Origin: Erythrobacter sp.
GTDB taxonomy: Bacteria; Pseudomonadota; Alphaproteobacteria; Sphingomonadales; Sphingomonadaceae
Direction of reading: 5' to 3'
DNA length: 64,000 nt
Assembly (NCBI GenBank): GCA_013822695.1
Contig: PNKW01000005.1
Span: 1,863 to 65,862, forward strand
Shown piece after piece: positions 47,603 to 56,311 of the stretch. A model generated the notes under the pieces. It worked only from the letters and a program-made list of their open reading frames with translations, was not told where the DNA came from and ran no database searches. Every line of letters starts with the position of its first letter. Positions within the stretch are counted from its first letter, which is position 1. The translations under genes were made by a program, and so were the position numbers.

Positions 47603-48529
47603 CTAGCCGAGCAACCGCCGCGCCTCCGCGCAATCCTTATCCATCTGTTCGATCAACGCCTCGAGGCTATCGAACTTCGCCTCGCCGCGCAGGTAGTGGT
47701 GGAACGCCACCTCGATCTCCTGCCCGTAGAGGTCGCCGCTGAAATCGAAGAAGAACGGCTCGAGCAGCTCCTTGGGCGGTTCGAATTGCGGGCGGACGCC
47801 GATATTGGCGGCGCCTTGCAGCACCTGGCCCGTAGCAAGGATGCGGCCCGTCACGGCGTAGATGCCGTATTTGGGGCGCAGGTAATTTTCGACGCCCAGA
47901 TTGGCTGTGGGAAAGCCGATGGTGCGCCCGCGCTTGTCGCCATGCTCGACGATCCCGCGGATCGCGAAGGGCCGGGTCAGGAGGCGCGCGGCCTCCTGCG
48001 GGTCGCCATCACGCAGCGCCTGCCGGATGCGGCTGGAGGAGACCACCTCGCCGCCTTCCGCCACGGCCTCCACCACGCGCGATTGCAGGCCGAGCTCCCC
48101 GCCGAGGGTGCGCAGCAGCTCGACATTCCCCTTCGCGCCCTTGCCGAAGGTGAAATCGCCGCCCGTCACCACCCCGTGCGCGCCGAAGCGCTCGATCAGG
48201 ATCTTCGTGATGAAATCCTCGGCGCTCGTCCCGGCCAGCTCGGCATCGAAGTGGAACACCAGCATCGCGGTCGCGCCCGCCGCGAGGTAAAGCTCCTGCC
48301 GCTGCTCGAGCGTGGTCAGCTTGAAGGGCGGGACGTCGGGGCGGAAGAAGCCCACCGGATGCGGATCGAAGGTGGCGATGATCGAGGGGCGGCCCAGACC
48401 TTGCGCCCAGCGGATCGCCTCACCCGCCACGGCCTGATGCCCGCGGTGGAACCCGTCGAAATTGCCGAGCGCGATGATCGCGCCGCGCAGGGCTTGCGGA
48501 ATGGGTTCGCGGTGATCGAGCCAGCGCAT
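47603..48529 (-). CDS. ribF: Bifunctional riboflavin kinase/FAD synthetase
   Basis: LGNFDGFHRGHQ, VSSSRIRQAL and RGRTIGFPTAN. Confidence 0.96.
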   Translation of the reverse strand: MRWLDHREPIPQALRGAIIALGNFDGFHRGHQAVAGEAIRWAQGLGRPSIIATFDPHPVGFFRPDVPPFKLTTLEQRQELYLAAGATAMLVFHFDAELAGTSAEDFITKILIERFGAHGVVTGGDFTFGKGAKGNVELLRTLGGELGLQSRVVEAVAEGGEVVSSSRIRQALRDGDPQEAARLLTRPFAIRGIVEHGDKRGRTIGFPTANLGVENYLRPKYGIYAVTGRILATGQVLQGAANIGVRPQFEPPKELLEPFFFDFSGDLYGQEIEVAFHHYLRGEAKFDSLEALIEQMDKDCAEARRLLG

Positions 48530-49026
48530 CAGGCGGCTTTCCGGTAAGTCAGGAAGGAGAAGGCGGGGTAGAGCCCGTCCGCCACATGATCCTCGCGCGC
48601 GGTTTCTTCCCATTCGGGGCCGAGCGGAGGCATGAAAGTGTCGCCTGCGTAGTCCTTGTGGATCTGGGTCAGTTCGACCCGGTGAGCGATCGGCAAGAAC
48701 AGCGCGTAAACTTCCGCTCCGCCGATCACCGCGACGGTCTCGCCGGTGGCGAGGCCGAGCGCCACTGCAGGCGAGGCAGCCACTTCGGCGCCTTCGGCCT
48801 GCCATCCGGCGTCACGGGTGAGGACGATGTGGCGGCGGCCGGGAAGCGGGCCGCCAAAGCTCTCGAAGGTCTTGCGCCCCATGATCATCGGCTTGCCCAT
48901 GGTCATCGCCTTGAAGCGCCTCATGTCGGCGGGCAAGCGCCATGGAAGGTGGCCTTTGTGCCCGATCGCGCCATTGGCGGCGCGGGCGTAGATCAGCACG
49001 ATCTCGGGCGTCATCGAACCGTTCAT
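48529..49026 (-). CDS. folA: Dihydrofolate reductase
   Basis: NGAIGHKGHLPWRLPADMRRFK..IMGRKTFES..LPGRRHIVLTR. Confidence 0.95.
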   Translation of the reverse strand: MNGSMTPEIVLIYARAANGAIGHKGHLPWRLPADMRRFKAMTMGKPMIMGRKTFESFGGPLPGRRHIVLTRDAGWQAEGAEVAASPAVALGLATGETVAVIGGAEVYALFLPIAHRVELTQIHKDYAGDTFMPPLGPEWEETAREDHVADGLYPAFSFLTYRKAA

Positions 49027-50093
49027 TTCAGGGCATGCCCCACGCGGGTGACGTGGCCCATCTTGCGCCCCTCGCGCGCTTGGGCCTTGCCGTAGAGGTG
49101 GAGGTGCGGCTCGCCCGGTTCGGCAAGGATCCTGTGCGCGGCAAGCGCATCCTCGCCGACGATGTTGCGCATCTCGATCGCCTCGAAGCGGGTCTTGGTC
49201 CCGCCCAGCGGCAGCCCGCAGATCGCCCGGATGTGGTTTTCGAACTGGCTGGTGGCCGCGCCCTCGATTGTCCAGTGGCCCGAGTTGTGCACGCGCGGGG
49301 CCATTTCGTTGAAGACGGGGCCGTCCCGCGTGGCGAAGAACTCCAGCGTCAGCACTCCGACATAGCCGAGCGCGTCGGCCACCTTGCGGGAAAGCTCGCG
49401 CGCGGCGGAAACCTGCGCCTCGACCAGCGCGCCTGCGGGCAGCACCGAGCGCGCGAGCATCCCGCCCTCGTGCAGGTTCGCGGTCGAATCCCAGAACCGC
49501 ACCTGCCCGTCCCTGCCCCGCACGAGGATCACCGAGAACTCGGTCTCGTAGGTGACAAAGCCTTCGTAGATGCAGGTCACGCCGGGGAACGCGAGGCCGC
49601 CCGCCTCGATCGCGGAACGCACGCGCCACTGGCCCTTGCCGTCATAGCCGTCACGCGCGGTCTTGAGGATGCCGGGCGTGCCGACACTGGCGATCGCGGC
49701 GGCGAGATCGGCGGCGCTTTCCACTGCGCGATAGGGCGCAGGCTGTCCGCCGAACTCCGCGGCGAAGGCTTTCTCGCAAAGCCGGTCCTGTGCCACTTCG
49801 AGCGCGCGCGGCGGGCAGGCGAGCAAGGCTTGCGGCAGGGCGGCGACGGTGGCGAGCGGGACGTTCTCGAACTCCCAGGTCACCACGTCGCAGGCATCCG
49901 CAAAGCGGGCGAGTGCCGCAGCATCGTCCCAATCCTTGGCGATGAAACCGGAGCACGCGTCCGCCGCGACATTGTCGCCCTCGGGCGCGAAGCCCACCAC
50001 CTTGTAGCCGAGCTGCAGCGCCGCGACGGCCATCATCCGGCCGAGCTGTCCGCCGCCCAGAATGCCGATGGTGGAACCGGGCGCGAGCATCAA
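49023..50093 (-). CDS. purK: N5-carboxyaminoimidazole ribonucleotide synthase
   Basis: [33 protein letters not shown] and RKMGHV. Confidence 0.96.
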   Translation of the reverse strand: MMLAPGSTIGILGGGQLGRMMAVAALQLGYKVVGFAPEGDNVAADACSGFIAKDWDDAAALARFADACDVVTWEFENVPLATVAALPQALLACPPRALEVAQDRLCEKAFAAEFGGQPAPYRAVESAADLAAAIASVGTPGILKTARDGYDGKGQWRVRSAIEAGGLAFPGVTCIYEGFVTYETEFSVILVRGRDGQVRFWDSTANLHEGGMLARSVLPAGALVEAQVSAARELSRKVADALGYVGVLTLEFFATRDGPVFNEMAPRVHNSGHWTIEGAATSQFENHIRAICGLPLGGTKTRFEAIEMRNIVGEDALAAHRILAEPGEPHLHLYGKAQAREGRKMGHVTRVGHALK

Positions 50094-50584
50094 TCCTCCG
50101 GGATCTCGCCCACGGCAGCGGTCTTGGCCGCGCGCCAGTCCTGCAACCGCTCGGACAGCGCCTCGTCGCCCAGCGCGAGGATCGAGGCCGCCAGCAGCCC
50201 GGCATTCTTCGCCCCCGCCTCGCCGATCGCCAGCGTGCCGACGGGAATGCCGCCCGGCATCTGCACGATCGAGAGCAGGCTATCCATGCCGGAGAGGGCC
50301 CTGGACTGCACCGGCACGCCGAGCACCGGCAGGTGCGTCATGCTGGCGATCATGCCGGGCAGATGCGCCGCGCCGCCCGCGCCCGCGATGATCACGCTGA
50401 ACCCCTCGCCCTCGGCCCCCTTGGCGAAGGCCACCATCCGGTCGGGCGTGCGGTGGGCCGAGGTGATGCGCGCCTCATAGGGCACCTCCAGCTCGTCGAG
50501 CACTGCGGCGGCGTGCTTCATGGTCGGCCAGTCGGACTGGCTCCCCATCACGATCGCGACCTTCCCCCCGGCGCTCTCCATCAT
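50090..50584 (-). CDS. purE: N5-CAIR mutase
   Basis: [15 protein letters not shown] and [13 protein letters not shown]. Confidence 0.97.
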   Translation of the reverse strand: MMESAGGKVAIVMGSQSDWPTMKHAAAVLDELEVPYEARITSAHRTPDRMVAFAKGAEGEGFSVIIAGAGGAAHLPGMIASMTHLPVLGVPVQSRALSGMDSLLSIVQMPGGIPVGTLAIGEAGAKNAGLLAASILALGDEALSERLQDWRAAKTAAVGEIPED

Positions 50585-51267
50585 GCGTCCTTCAGATAGT
50601 AGCGGGCCCCCGAAGGGGCCGCGCCGTCGAAATCGTAGATGATCGGCTGGCCGGTCGGGATTTCCAGATCGGTGATTTCCGCGTCCGAAATCCCCGACAG
50701 GTGCTTGACCAGCGCGCGCAAGCTGTTGCCGTGGGCGGCGATGATCACCGTCTCGCCGCGCGCCAGCACGGGGAGGATCGTGCTCTCCCAATAGGGCAGC
50801 ACGCGTTCAATCGTCAGCTTGAGGCTCTCGGTGTTCGGGATCGCGATCCCGGCATAGCGCGGGTCGCTGGCGAGATCGAACTCGCTTCCCGCTTCCAGCA
50901 CCGGCGGGGGAATGTCGAAGCTGCGGCGCCAGATCTTGACCTGATCGTCGCCATGCTTGGCGGCGGTCTCGGCCTTGTTGAGGCCGGTGAGGCCGCCATA
51001 GTGCCGCTCGTTGAGACGCCAGTCCTTGACCTCGGGGATCCACGCCCGGCCCGCCGCCTCCAGCGCCAGATGCAGCGTCCGGATCGCGCGGGTCTGGAGC
51101 GAGGTGAAGGCGTAGGTCGGCAGCACGCCCTTGTCCTTCAGCAGCACCCCTGCCGCTGACGCCTCGGCGACGCCCTGATCGGTGAGATCGACATCCCACC
51201 AACCGGTGAAGCGGTTTTCGAGGTTCCACTGGCTCTGGCCGTGGCGGACGAGGATGAGCTTGGGCAT
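50581..51267 (-). CDS. gpmA: 2,3-bisphosphoglycerate-dependent phosphoglycerate mutase
   Basis: [25 protein letters not shown] and [10 protein letters not shown]. Confidence 0.96.
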   Translation of the reverse strand: MPKLILVRHGQSQWNLENRFTGWWDVDLTDQGVAEASAAGVLLKDKGVLPTYAFTSLQTRAIRTLHLALEAAGRAWIPEVKDWRLNERHYGGLTGLNKAETAAKHGDDQVKIWRRSFDIPPPVLEAGSEFDLASDPRYAGIAIPNTESLKLTIERVLPYWESTILPVLARGETVIIAAHGNSLRALVKHLSGISDAEITDLEIPTGQPIIYDFDGAAPSGARYYLKDA

Positions 51268-51301
51268 TGTGGCTCCGGCAATTCGTCGGGAGCGCGCTGC
51301 G

Positions 51302-51463
51302 TTAGCTTTCGCGAGGGCGATTGGGAAGGGTTTCCGTTGCACCCGAATCGCCCAGGGGCTGCGATGCCGCGCGCGCTTGCGCCTTGCGCCGCCGCAAATT
51401 CTCGCGCAGCTTGGCCGCGAGCCGCTCTTCGCGTGACATATTCTTGCGGAGGCCTTCACTCAT
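51302..51463 (-). CDS. Small basic hypothetical protein
   Basis: REERLAAKLRENLRRRKAQAR helical motif of the type seen in small alphaproteobacterial ORFs. Confidence 0.6.
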   Translation of the reverse strand: MSEGLRKNMSREERLAAKLRENLRRRKAQARAASQPLGDSGATETLPNRPRES

Positions 51464-51586
51464 ATGAAACGCCTTGCCGTTATGGCCGCAGCTCTTCAAC
51501 CCTTGCGCTCAATTAGCGAAGCGATAGCGCAACAAGGACGTTGACATAGCGGCGGCGCGCGACAATAGGGCGCGCCTGTTTCCGGC

Positions 51587-51661
51587 GCTGCTGTAGCTCA
51601 GTGGTAGAGCGCACCCTTGGTAAGGGTGAGGTCGGGAGTTCAATCCTCCCCAGCAGCACCA
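51587..51661 (+). tRNA. tRNA-Thr(GGT)
   Basis: GCTGCTG/CAGCAGC acceptor stem, D-loop AGTGGTA, anticodon arm CACCC-TTGGTAA-GGGTG, T-loop GTTCAA, encoded CCA. Confidence 0.97.
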
Positions 51662-51737
51662 TTCTCGCCCGCGCATTCCCATCCGGGAACACAGCGGCGC
51701 CGCGCCGGACGAACGCCTAGGCAGCGAAGACCAGTGC

Positions 51738-52040
51738 TCACGACTTCAGCGAGCGACAATTCCAAAGGGTGACGACCCCTCGATCGCGGTCGGCTGTGAA
51801 AACGAAAACAATGCTCGGAAGGCGAACTAAATTCGGGCTTTCGAACACGAGCATTTCCGCAATCGACGGGTGAGGGACACCGGCCAGAGCTGGGTCTGTC
51901 TCTGCAAGTTGTTGGAAATTCAATAGAAGCTCGTCGAGCCCGAATGGATCAAACTTGGCCGATAGACGCGCGAAGGCTATCTCGAAAAGCTCCGAGACTT
52001 CGCACACCCAAGGGTGCTCCTGACGATCTCTTAGCTTCAA
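51738..52040 (-). CDS. Uncharacterised RelE/ParE-like protein, candidate toxin
   Basis: VSELFEIAFARL..DELLLNFQQLAETDP..G..VFES..LPSIVFVF..D..V.L fits a RelE-like beta-alpha-alpha-beta-beta-beta layout. Likely start is GTG 52007 (AGGAG 9 nt upstream) or TTG 52040, both inside the antitoxin gene. Confidence 0.6.
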   Translation of the reverse strand: MKLRDRQEHPWVCEVSELFEIAFARLSAKFDPFGLDELLLNFQQLAETDPALAGVPHPSIAEMLVFESPNLVRLPSIVFVFTADRDRGVVTLWNCRSLKS

Positions 52041-52572
52041 CTTCCTTCATTCCATCTTCGGCAGCATCGAACGCTTCTGGCGAGGGTTGCATAGGGAATA
52101 GCAACATAGCCGTGTGATATTGAATCACGCCACCCATGTCCGCCATTTCCCACGGAATCTTATGAGAAAATTCGCTAATACTTTTGGCCGTGTTCTTCCG
52201 GCAAACGAAGTCGACTATATCAGAAAGAAGTGAAAGTTCTTGCTCACTTAGAATTCCATCTGGCGCTGGAACCAAAGCGTGATATTCTTTTTTGTAATAT
52301 CCATGGTATTCGACCGTATCGGTACGAATATCGCCGGCTCTTTCCATATCCCTAAGCGCAAAAAGCAACTGATCGGAAGTTGGGCCGTTTGGCCTTTTCC
52401 TAAAAGTAGCACCCGTAACCGGCAAACGATGGTTTGCGTAGGATATCATATCTAGGAAATATAGAATTTTGTTTAGCTTGACCGCCCCAAGGTCTTCGGG
52501 GTCGCAACCGCGTGCAGCGTGCAAAATTACCGCGCGCATTTTCTCACGATCATACTGCATCGGCTGGATCAT
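51949..52572 (-). CDS. Panacea (DUF4065) antitoxin domain protein
   Basis: LGAVKLNKILYFLD..VTGATFRKRPNGP..SISEFSHKIPW. Start is placed at ATG 52572 because the upstream GTG lies within the promoter. Confidence 0.85.
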   Translation of the reverse strand: MIQPMQYDREKMRAVILHAARGCDPEDLGAVKLNKILYFLDMISYANHRLPVTGATFRKRPNGPTSDQLLFALRDMERAGDIRTDTVEYHGYYKKEYHALVPAPDGILSEQELSLLSDIVDFVCRKNTAKSISEFSHKIPWEMADMGGVIQYHTAMLLFPMQPSPEAFDAAEDGMKEVEAKRSSGAPLGVRSLGAFRDSLRASIGQV

Positions 52573-52578
52573 ATCGCG

Positions 52579-52607
52579 AACATACACACAATGTTATCCA
52601 CAGTCAA
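52579..52607 (-). promoter_or_regulatory. sigma70 promoter with a perfect DnaA box in its spacer
   Basis: Minus strand TTGACT-N17-TATGTT, 6 nt before the ATG (leaderless); TTATCCACA at 52594-52602. Confidence 0.6.
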
Positions 52608-52796
52608 CCTATAAGTCTCTGATTCAGAGTAGAAGTTTGAATCGGATTTCAACCACTTACCAGAGGGAGCTCAAGTTTTCCCCAAGGGAAGAGTACGCAG
52701 TTCATCCACTCCCCCACCCCCCAAAAGTGCCAATCCGCCCCGCCCCCCCACTCGGCTATCCCCTCAAGCCACACAGGCAAGCCGGGGAGAGGCGCT

Positions 52797-53561
52797 ATGG
52801 ATCTGGGACTCAAGGGCAAGAAGGTCATCATGAACGGTGGGGCGCATGGCCTCGGCCTGCAGTCATTGAAGCTGTTCGCGGCCGAGGGCGCTGACGTCGC
52901 CTTCTTCAGCCGCAAGGACGACAAGATCGCCGCCGCCGTCGCCGAGATCGACGCCGCCGGGCCGGGCAAGGTGTTCGCCGAAGTCTTCGACATGGCGAGC
53001 GGGACCGAGGCCTATCAGGCGTGGCTGGAGAAGGCCGTCGCCGAACTCGGCGGCTGCGATATCTTCGTCCACACCGCGAGCGCCTCGGGCACGGGAGGTG
53101 CCGGGGACTGGCAGGCCTGTCTCGACATGGATCTGAAGGGCGCGGCCTATGCGGTCGAGACGCTGACGCCTTATCTCGAAGCCTCGGGCACCGGCTCGAT
53201 CGTGATGCTGTCGAGCACCGCCGCGCTCGAAACCTTCATCGCCCCCAACCCCTTCAACGCGATCAAGGCGGCGCTGATCACCTATGCCTCGCAGCTTTCC
53301 CAGGCCTATGCGGCCAAGGGCATCCGCGTGAACACCGTTTCGCCGGGCGCGATCTACTACAAGGGCGGCAACTGGGAAATCATCGAGGAGCACATGAAGC
53401 CGCTTTTCGATGGAACGCTGGCCAAGATGCCGATGGGCCGCTTCGGCGAGCCGGTCGAGGTCGCCAAGGCCATCGTCTTCGTGGCGAGCCCGGCGGTGCC
53501 CTACATGACCGGCGCGAACATCGTGGTCGACGGCGGCTTCACCCAGCGCGTCCAGTTCTAA
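52797..53561 (+). CDS. Short-chain dehydrogenase/reductase
   Basis: NGGAHGLG (variant of TGxxxGIG), FNAIKAA (F in place of the catalytic Y of YxxxK) and TGANIVVDGG. Confidence 0.85.
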   Translation: MDLGLKGKKVIMNGGAHGLGLQSLKLFAAEGADVAFFSRKDDKIAAAVAEIDAAGPGKVFAEVFDMASGTEAYQAWLEKAVAELGGCDIFVHTASASGTGGAGDWQACLDMDLKGAAYAVETLTPYLEASGTGSIVMLSSTAALETFIAPNPFNAIKAALITYASQLSQAYAAKGIRVNTVSPGAIYYKGGNWEIIEEHMKPLFDGTLAKMPMGRFGEPVEVAKAIVFVASPAVPYMTGANIVVDGGFTQRVQF

Positions 53562-53585
53562 GCTTCACCTGAAAGGCCCAAACAC

Positions 53586-54554
53586 ATGGCGCAGATCGAC
53601 CGCGACACACTGCTCGACATCTACACCCGCACGATGAAGGTGAACCGCACGGATGAAAAATTCCGCGAGCTGCTGATGGGCGGCAAGGTCGCGGTGATGT
53701 ATTACTGCGTGCGCGGGCAGGAGCTGGTCTCGGCAGCGGCGATGGCGGCCTTGGAGAAGGAAGACTACGTCGTCTGCACCTATCGTGGGCAGGGCGAGCA
53801 GACCGCCAAGGGCATCCCGATGGAGAAGTGGTGGGGCGAATGCCTCGGCAAGGCGACCGGAACCTGCAAGGGCAAGGGCGGCACCATGCACATCACCGAT
53901 CCCGAGACGGGGATCATGGTGACGACCGGGGTCGTCGGTTCTGGCCTCCCCATCGCCAACGGCCTTGCGATGGCGAGCCAGAACAACGGCGATGGTCGCG
54001 TGACGCTGGTGAGCTTCGGCGACGGCGCGGCCAATATCGGCGGCTTCCACGAGGCGATGAACATGGCCCAGCTGTATAAGCTGCCGGTGATCTTCCTGTG
54101 CCAGAACAACCGCTATGGCGAGCACACCGCCTATGCCGACCACACCGACAGCCCCAACATCGCGAGCCGCGCGGCGGGCTACGGGATGCCGGGCGTCACC
54201 GTTGACGGCAATGATGTCCACCAGATCTACCCCGCGGTAAAGGAAGCGGTCGACCGCGCCCGCCGCGGTGAGGGACCGACGCTGGTCGAGGCGATGTGCT
54301 ACCGCATGATGGGCCACTTCTTCGGCGCCGACTTCAGCTACATGCCGCCCGAGCATATCGCCGAGATGAAGGCCGAGGACCCGCTGCCCAAGCTCAGGAA
54401 GGTGATGCTGGAGCACCAGTTCACCGAAGAGGAGCTGGACGCCATCGTCGCGGATATCAACGCGCAGATCGATGCTGCGGTCGAGCACGCACTCGCCGCG
54501 CCGCTGCCGGATACCGACGAGATTTACAAAGACGTGCTGGAGGAGACCGCCTGA
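53586..54554 (+). CDS. TPP-dependent dehydrogenase E1 alpha subunit (acetoin/pyruvate dehydrogenase-like)
   Basis: GKGGTMH, FGDGAANIGGFHEAMN..IFLCQNNRYG TPP motif and YRMMGH. Confidence 0.93.
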   Translation: MAQIDRDTLLDIYTRTMKVNRTDEKFRELLMGGKVAVMYYCVRGQELVSAAAMAALEKEDYVVCTYRGQGEQTAKGIPMEKWWGECLGKATGTCKGKGGTMHITDPETGIMVTTGVVGSGLPIANGLAMASQNNGDGRVTLVSFGDGAANIGGFHEAMNMAQLYKLPVIFLCQNNRYGEHTAYADHTDSPNIASRAAGYGMPGVTVDGNDVHQIYPAVKEAVDRARRGEGPTLVEAMCYRMMGHFFGADFSYMPPEHIAEMKAEDPLPKLRKVMLEHQFTEEELDAIVADINAQIDAAVEHALAAPLPDTDEIYKDVLEETA

Positions 54555-55540
54555 TGGCCCAGATCACCATGACCCAGGCGCTGAACCTCGCAATCGACGA
54601 GGCGATGGCCGACGATCCGGGCGTGTTCTGCCTTGGTGAAGACGTCTCCGCCAAGCAGGGCGGCGGGGTGTTCAAGGTCACCTCGGGGCTGACCGAGAAA
54701 TATGGCGAACACCGCATCCGCGCGACGCCGATTTCCGAAACCGCGATCATCGGCGCGGCGGTCGGCGCGGCGCTCGCGGGCCAGCGCCCCATCGCAGAGA
54801 TCATGCTGATGAACTTCGTCGGCGTATGCATGGACCAGATCGTCAACCACGCGGCCAAACTGCGCTTCATGTCGGGCGGGCAGACCCCGTGCCCGATCGT
54901 GATCCGCACCACCACCGGCGTCGGCGTCGGCTTCGGCGGGCAGCACTCGGACATGCTGGAGGCGTGGTTCGCGCACGTGGCGGGCATTCACGTCGTCACC
55001 CCCAGCAACCCCGCCGATGCGCGCGGGCTGATGCGCGCGAGCATCGACGCCAATGACCCGGTGATCTTCATCGAGAACATCCTGTGCTACGGCCTCAAGG
55101 CGGAAGATCCCGGCCCGGGCTACCGCGTGCCGCTCGGCAAGGCGGCGATTGCGCGCGAGGGCACCGACATCTCGATCATCACCTATGGCCGCACCGTGCT
55201 GGATGCGCTGGCGGTGGCCGATGACCTCGCCAAGGAGGGCATCAGCGTCGAAGTGGTCGATCTCCGGACGATTGCACCTTACGACGAGGCGACCGTGCTG
55301 GCGTCGGTTCGCAAGACCGGACGCGCGCTGACCCTGCACGAAGCCGTGCGCCCGTTCGGCACCGGCGCGGAACTCGCGGCGAATATTCAGGAAAAGTGCT
55401 GGGACGACCTCAAGGGCCCGGTGCGGCGGATCGGCGGGACCTTCTCGGCGGTGCCCTTCGCCAGCCACCTCGAACAGGCCTGGATCCCGACCAAGCCGCA
55501 AATCGTCGAACAGATCAAAGCTGCAATGGGCAAACTCTGA
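54554..55540 (+). CDS. TPP-dependent dehydrogenase E1 beta subunit
   Basis: GEDVS, TPISETAIIG, GGQHSDMLE and VEVVDLRTIAPYD. Confidence 0.93.
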   Translation: MAQITMTQALNLAIDEAMADDPGVFCLGEDVSAKQGGGVFKVTSGLTEKYGEHRIRATPISETAIIGAAVGAALAGQRPIAEIMLMNFVGVCMDQIVNHAAKLRFMSGGQTPCPIVIRTTTGVGVGFGGQHSDMLEAWFAHVAGIHVVTPSNPADARGLMRASIDANDPVIFIENILCYGLKAEDPGPGYRVPLGKAAIAREGTDISIITYGRTVLDALAVADDLAKEGISVEVVDLRTIAPYDEATVLASVRKTGRALTLHEAVRPFGTGAELAANIQEKCWDDLKGPVRRIGGTFSAVPFASHLEQAWIPTKPQIVEQIKAAMGKL

Positions 55541-55542
55541 GA

Positions 55543-55776
55543 ATGGCATCCGAAATCCGCATCCCCAAGCTCGGCATGAGCGCTGTCGAAATGACTCTCG
55601 TCGAATGGATGTTCGGCGATGGCGAGCGCGTGGAGAAGGGCGAGATCATCTACACCGTCGAGACAGACAAGAGCACCACCGAGATCGAGGCCCAGGCCAG
55701 CGGGATCATCCATCCCACCGGCGAGGAAGGCGCGGTCTACAAGGTCGGCGATCTGATCGGGACGATCGAGGAGTGA
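55543..55776 (+). CDS. Stand-alone lipoyl-carrier domain protein (77 aa)
   Basis: IPKLGMSAVE..VETDKSTTEIEAQASG lipoyl-lysine motif; ends right after the domain. Confidence 0.9.
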   Translation: MASEIRIPKLGMSAVEMTLVEWMFGDGERVEKGEIIYTVETDKSTTEIEAQASGIIHPTGEEGAVYKVGDLIGTIEE

Positions 55777-55782
55777 TCCAAG

Positions 55783-56169
55783 GTGGCTAGTCCTCGCGAA
55801 ATGCTGGCCAAGGTCTACGCCACCGCCGGTACCCGTGACTGGGCGGCGGTCGAGGCGCTGATCCACCCCGATTTCGTGCTCTACGAGGCCAATTCGCTCC
55901 CCTTCGCCGGCGAATGGCGCGGCAAGGATGCGCTGCAACGCTGTGCGGCGGCGATGTATGGCACCTGGGGCAGCACCAATCTCGAGATTCTCGACTGCAC
56001 CGGGGGCGAGACCCATGCGGTGATGGTGATCCGCCTGACCATGCACCCCAAGGATGGCAGCGAGCCCTTCACCCAGACGATCTGCGAGGCCGGCACCTTC
56101 GAGGACGGGCTGCTGCGGACCCTGCGCATCCACTATTTCGACGCCGCGGAAATCGCTGCGCGGGCCTGA
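55783..56169 (+). CDS. SnoaL/NTF2-like protein
   Basis: DWAAVEALIHPDFVLYEANSLPFAGEWRGKDA and C-terminal IHYFDAA. Confidence 0.85.
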   Translation: MASPREMLAKVYATAGTRDWAAVEALIHPDFVLYEANSLPFAGEWRGKDALQRCAAAMYGTWGSTNLEILDCTGGETHAVMVIRLTMHPKDGSEPFTQTICEAGTFEDGLLRTLRIHYFDAAEIAARA

Positions 56170-56311
56170 GCGGGGCGTGGTTAACCCAATCTAGACCAAT
56201 GTTAATTATCGCGTATGGTCGCGAACCGTGGCGGTTTGGCGGCCTCTCGCGGCTGTCGGGCCGGGCGGGACGCATCCTGCGGACCCGAAAGCAGCCCGGC
56301 CAGCCCAAGCG

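Noticed and set aside
40349-47633. Similar short ORFs (HAETAEE..., HKGTK...) at 40349-40815, 43082 and 47367-47633
   Set aside because: These are translations of the family D palindromic repeat, not a gene family.
52590-52710. Possible oriC (perfect DnaA box plus TTTTCCCCA at 52676 and TCATCCACT at 52702 in AT-rich DNA)
   Set aside because: Only one good box, inside a foreign-looking TA islet, and no typical origin-flanking genes. A promoter-regulatory reading is simpler. It is not fully excluded without GC-skew data.
51662-52796. Prophage or integrative element at tRNA-Thr
   Set aside because: No integrase, phage genes or att duplication is visible in the window, so it is not called as a mobile element.
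56180-56210. CtrA-like TTAA sites upstream of the glycosylation locus (also 26744-26775 near sciP)
   Set aside because: The spacing does not fit TTAA-N7-TTAA; only half-sites are present.
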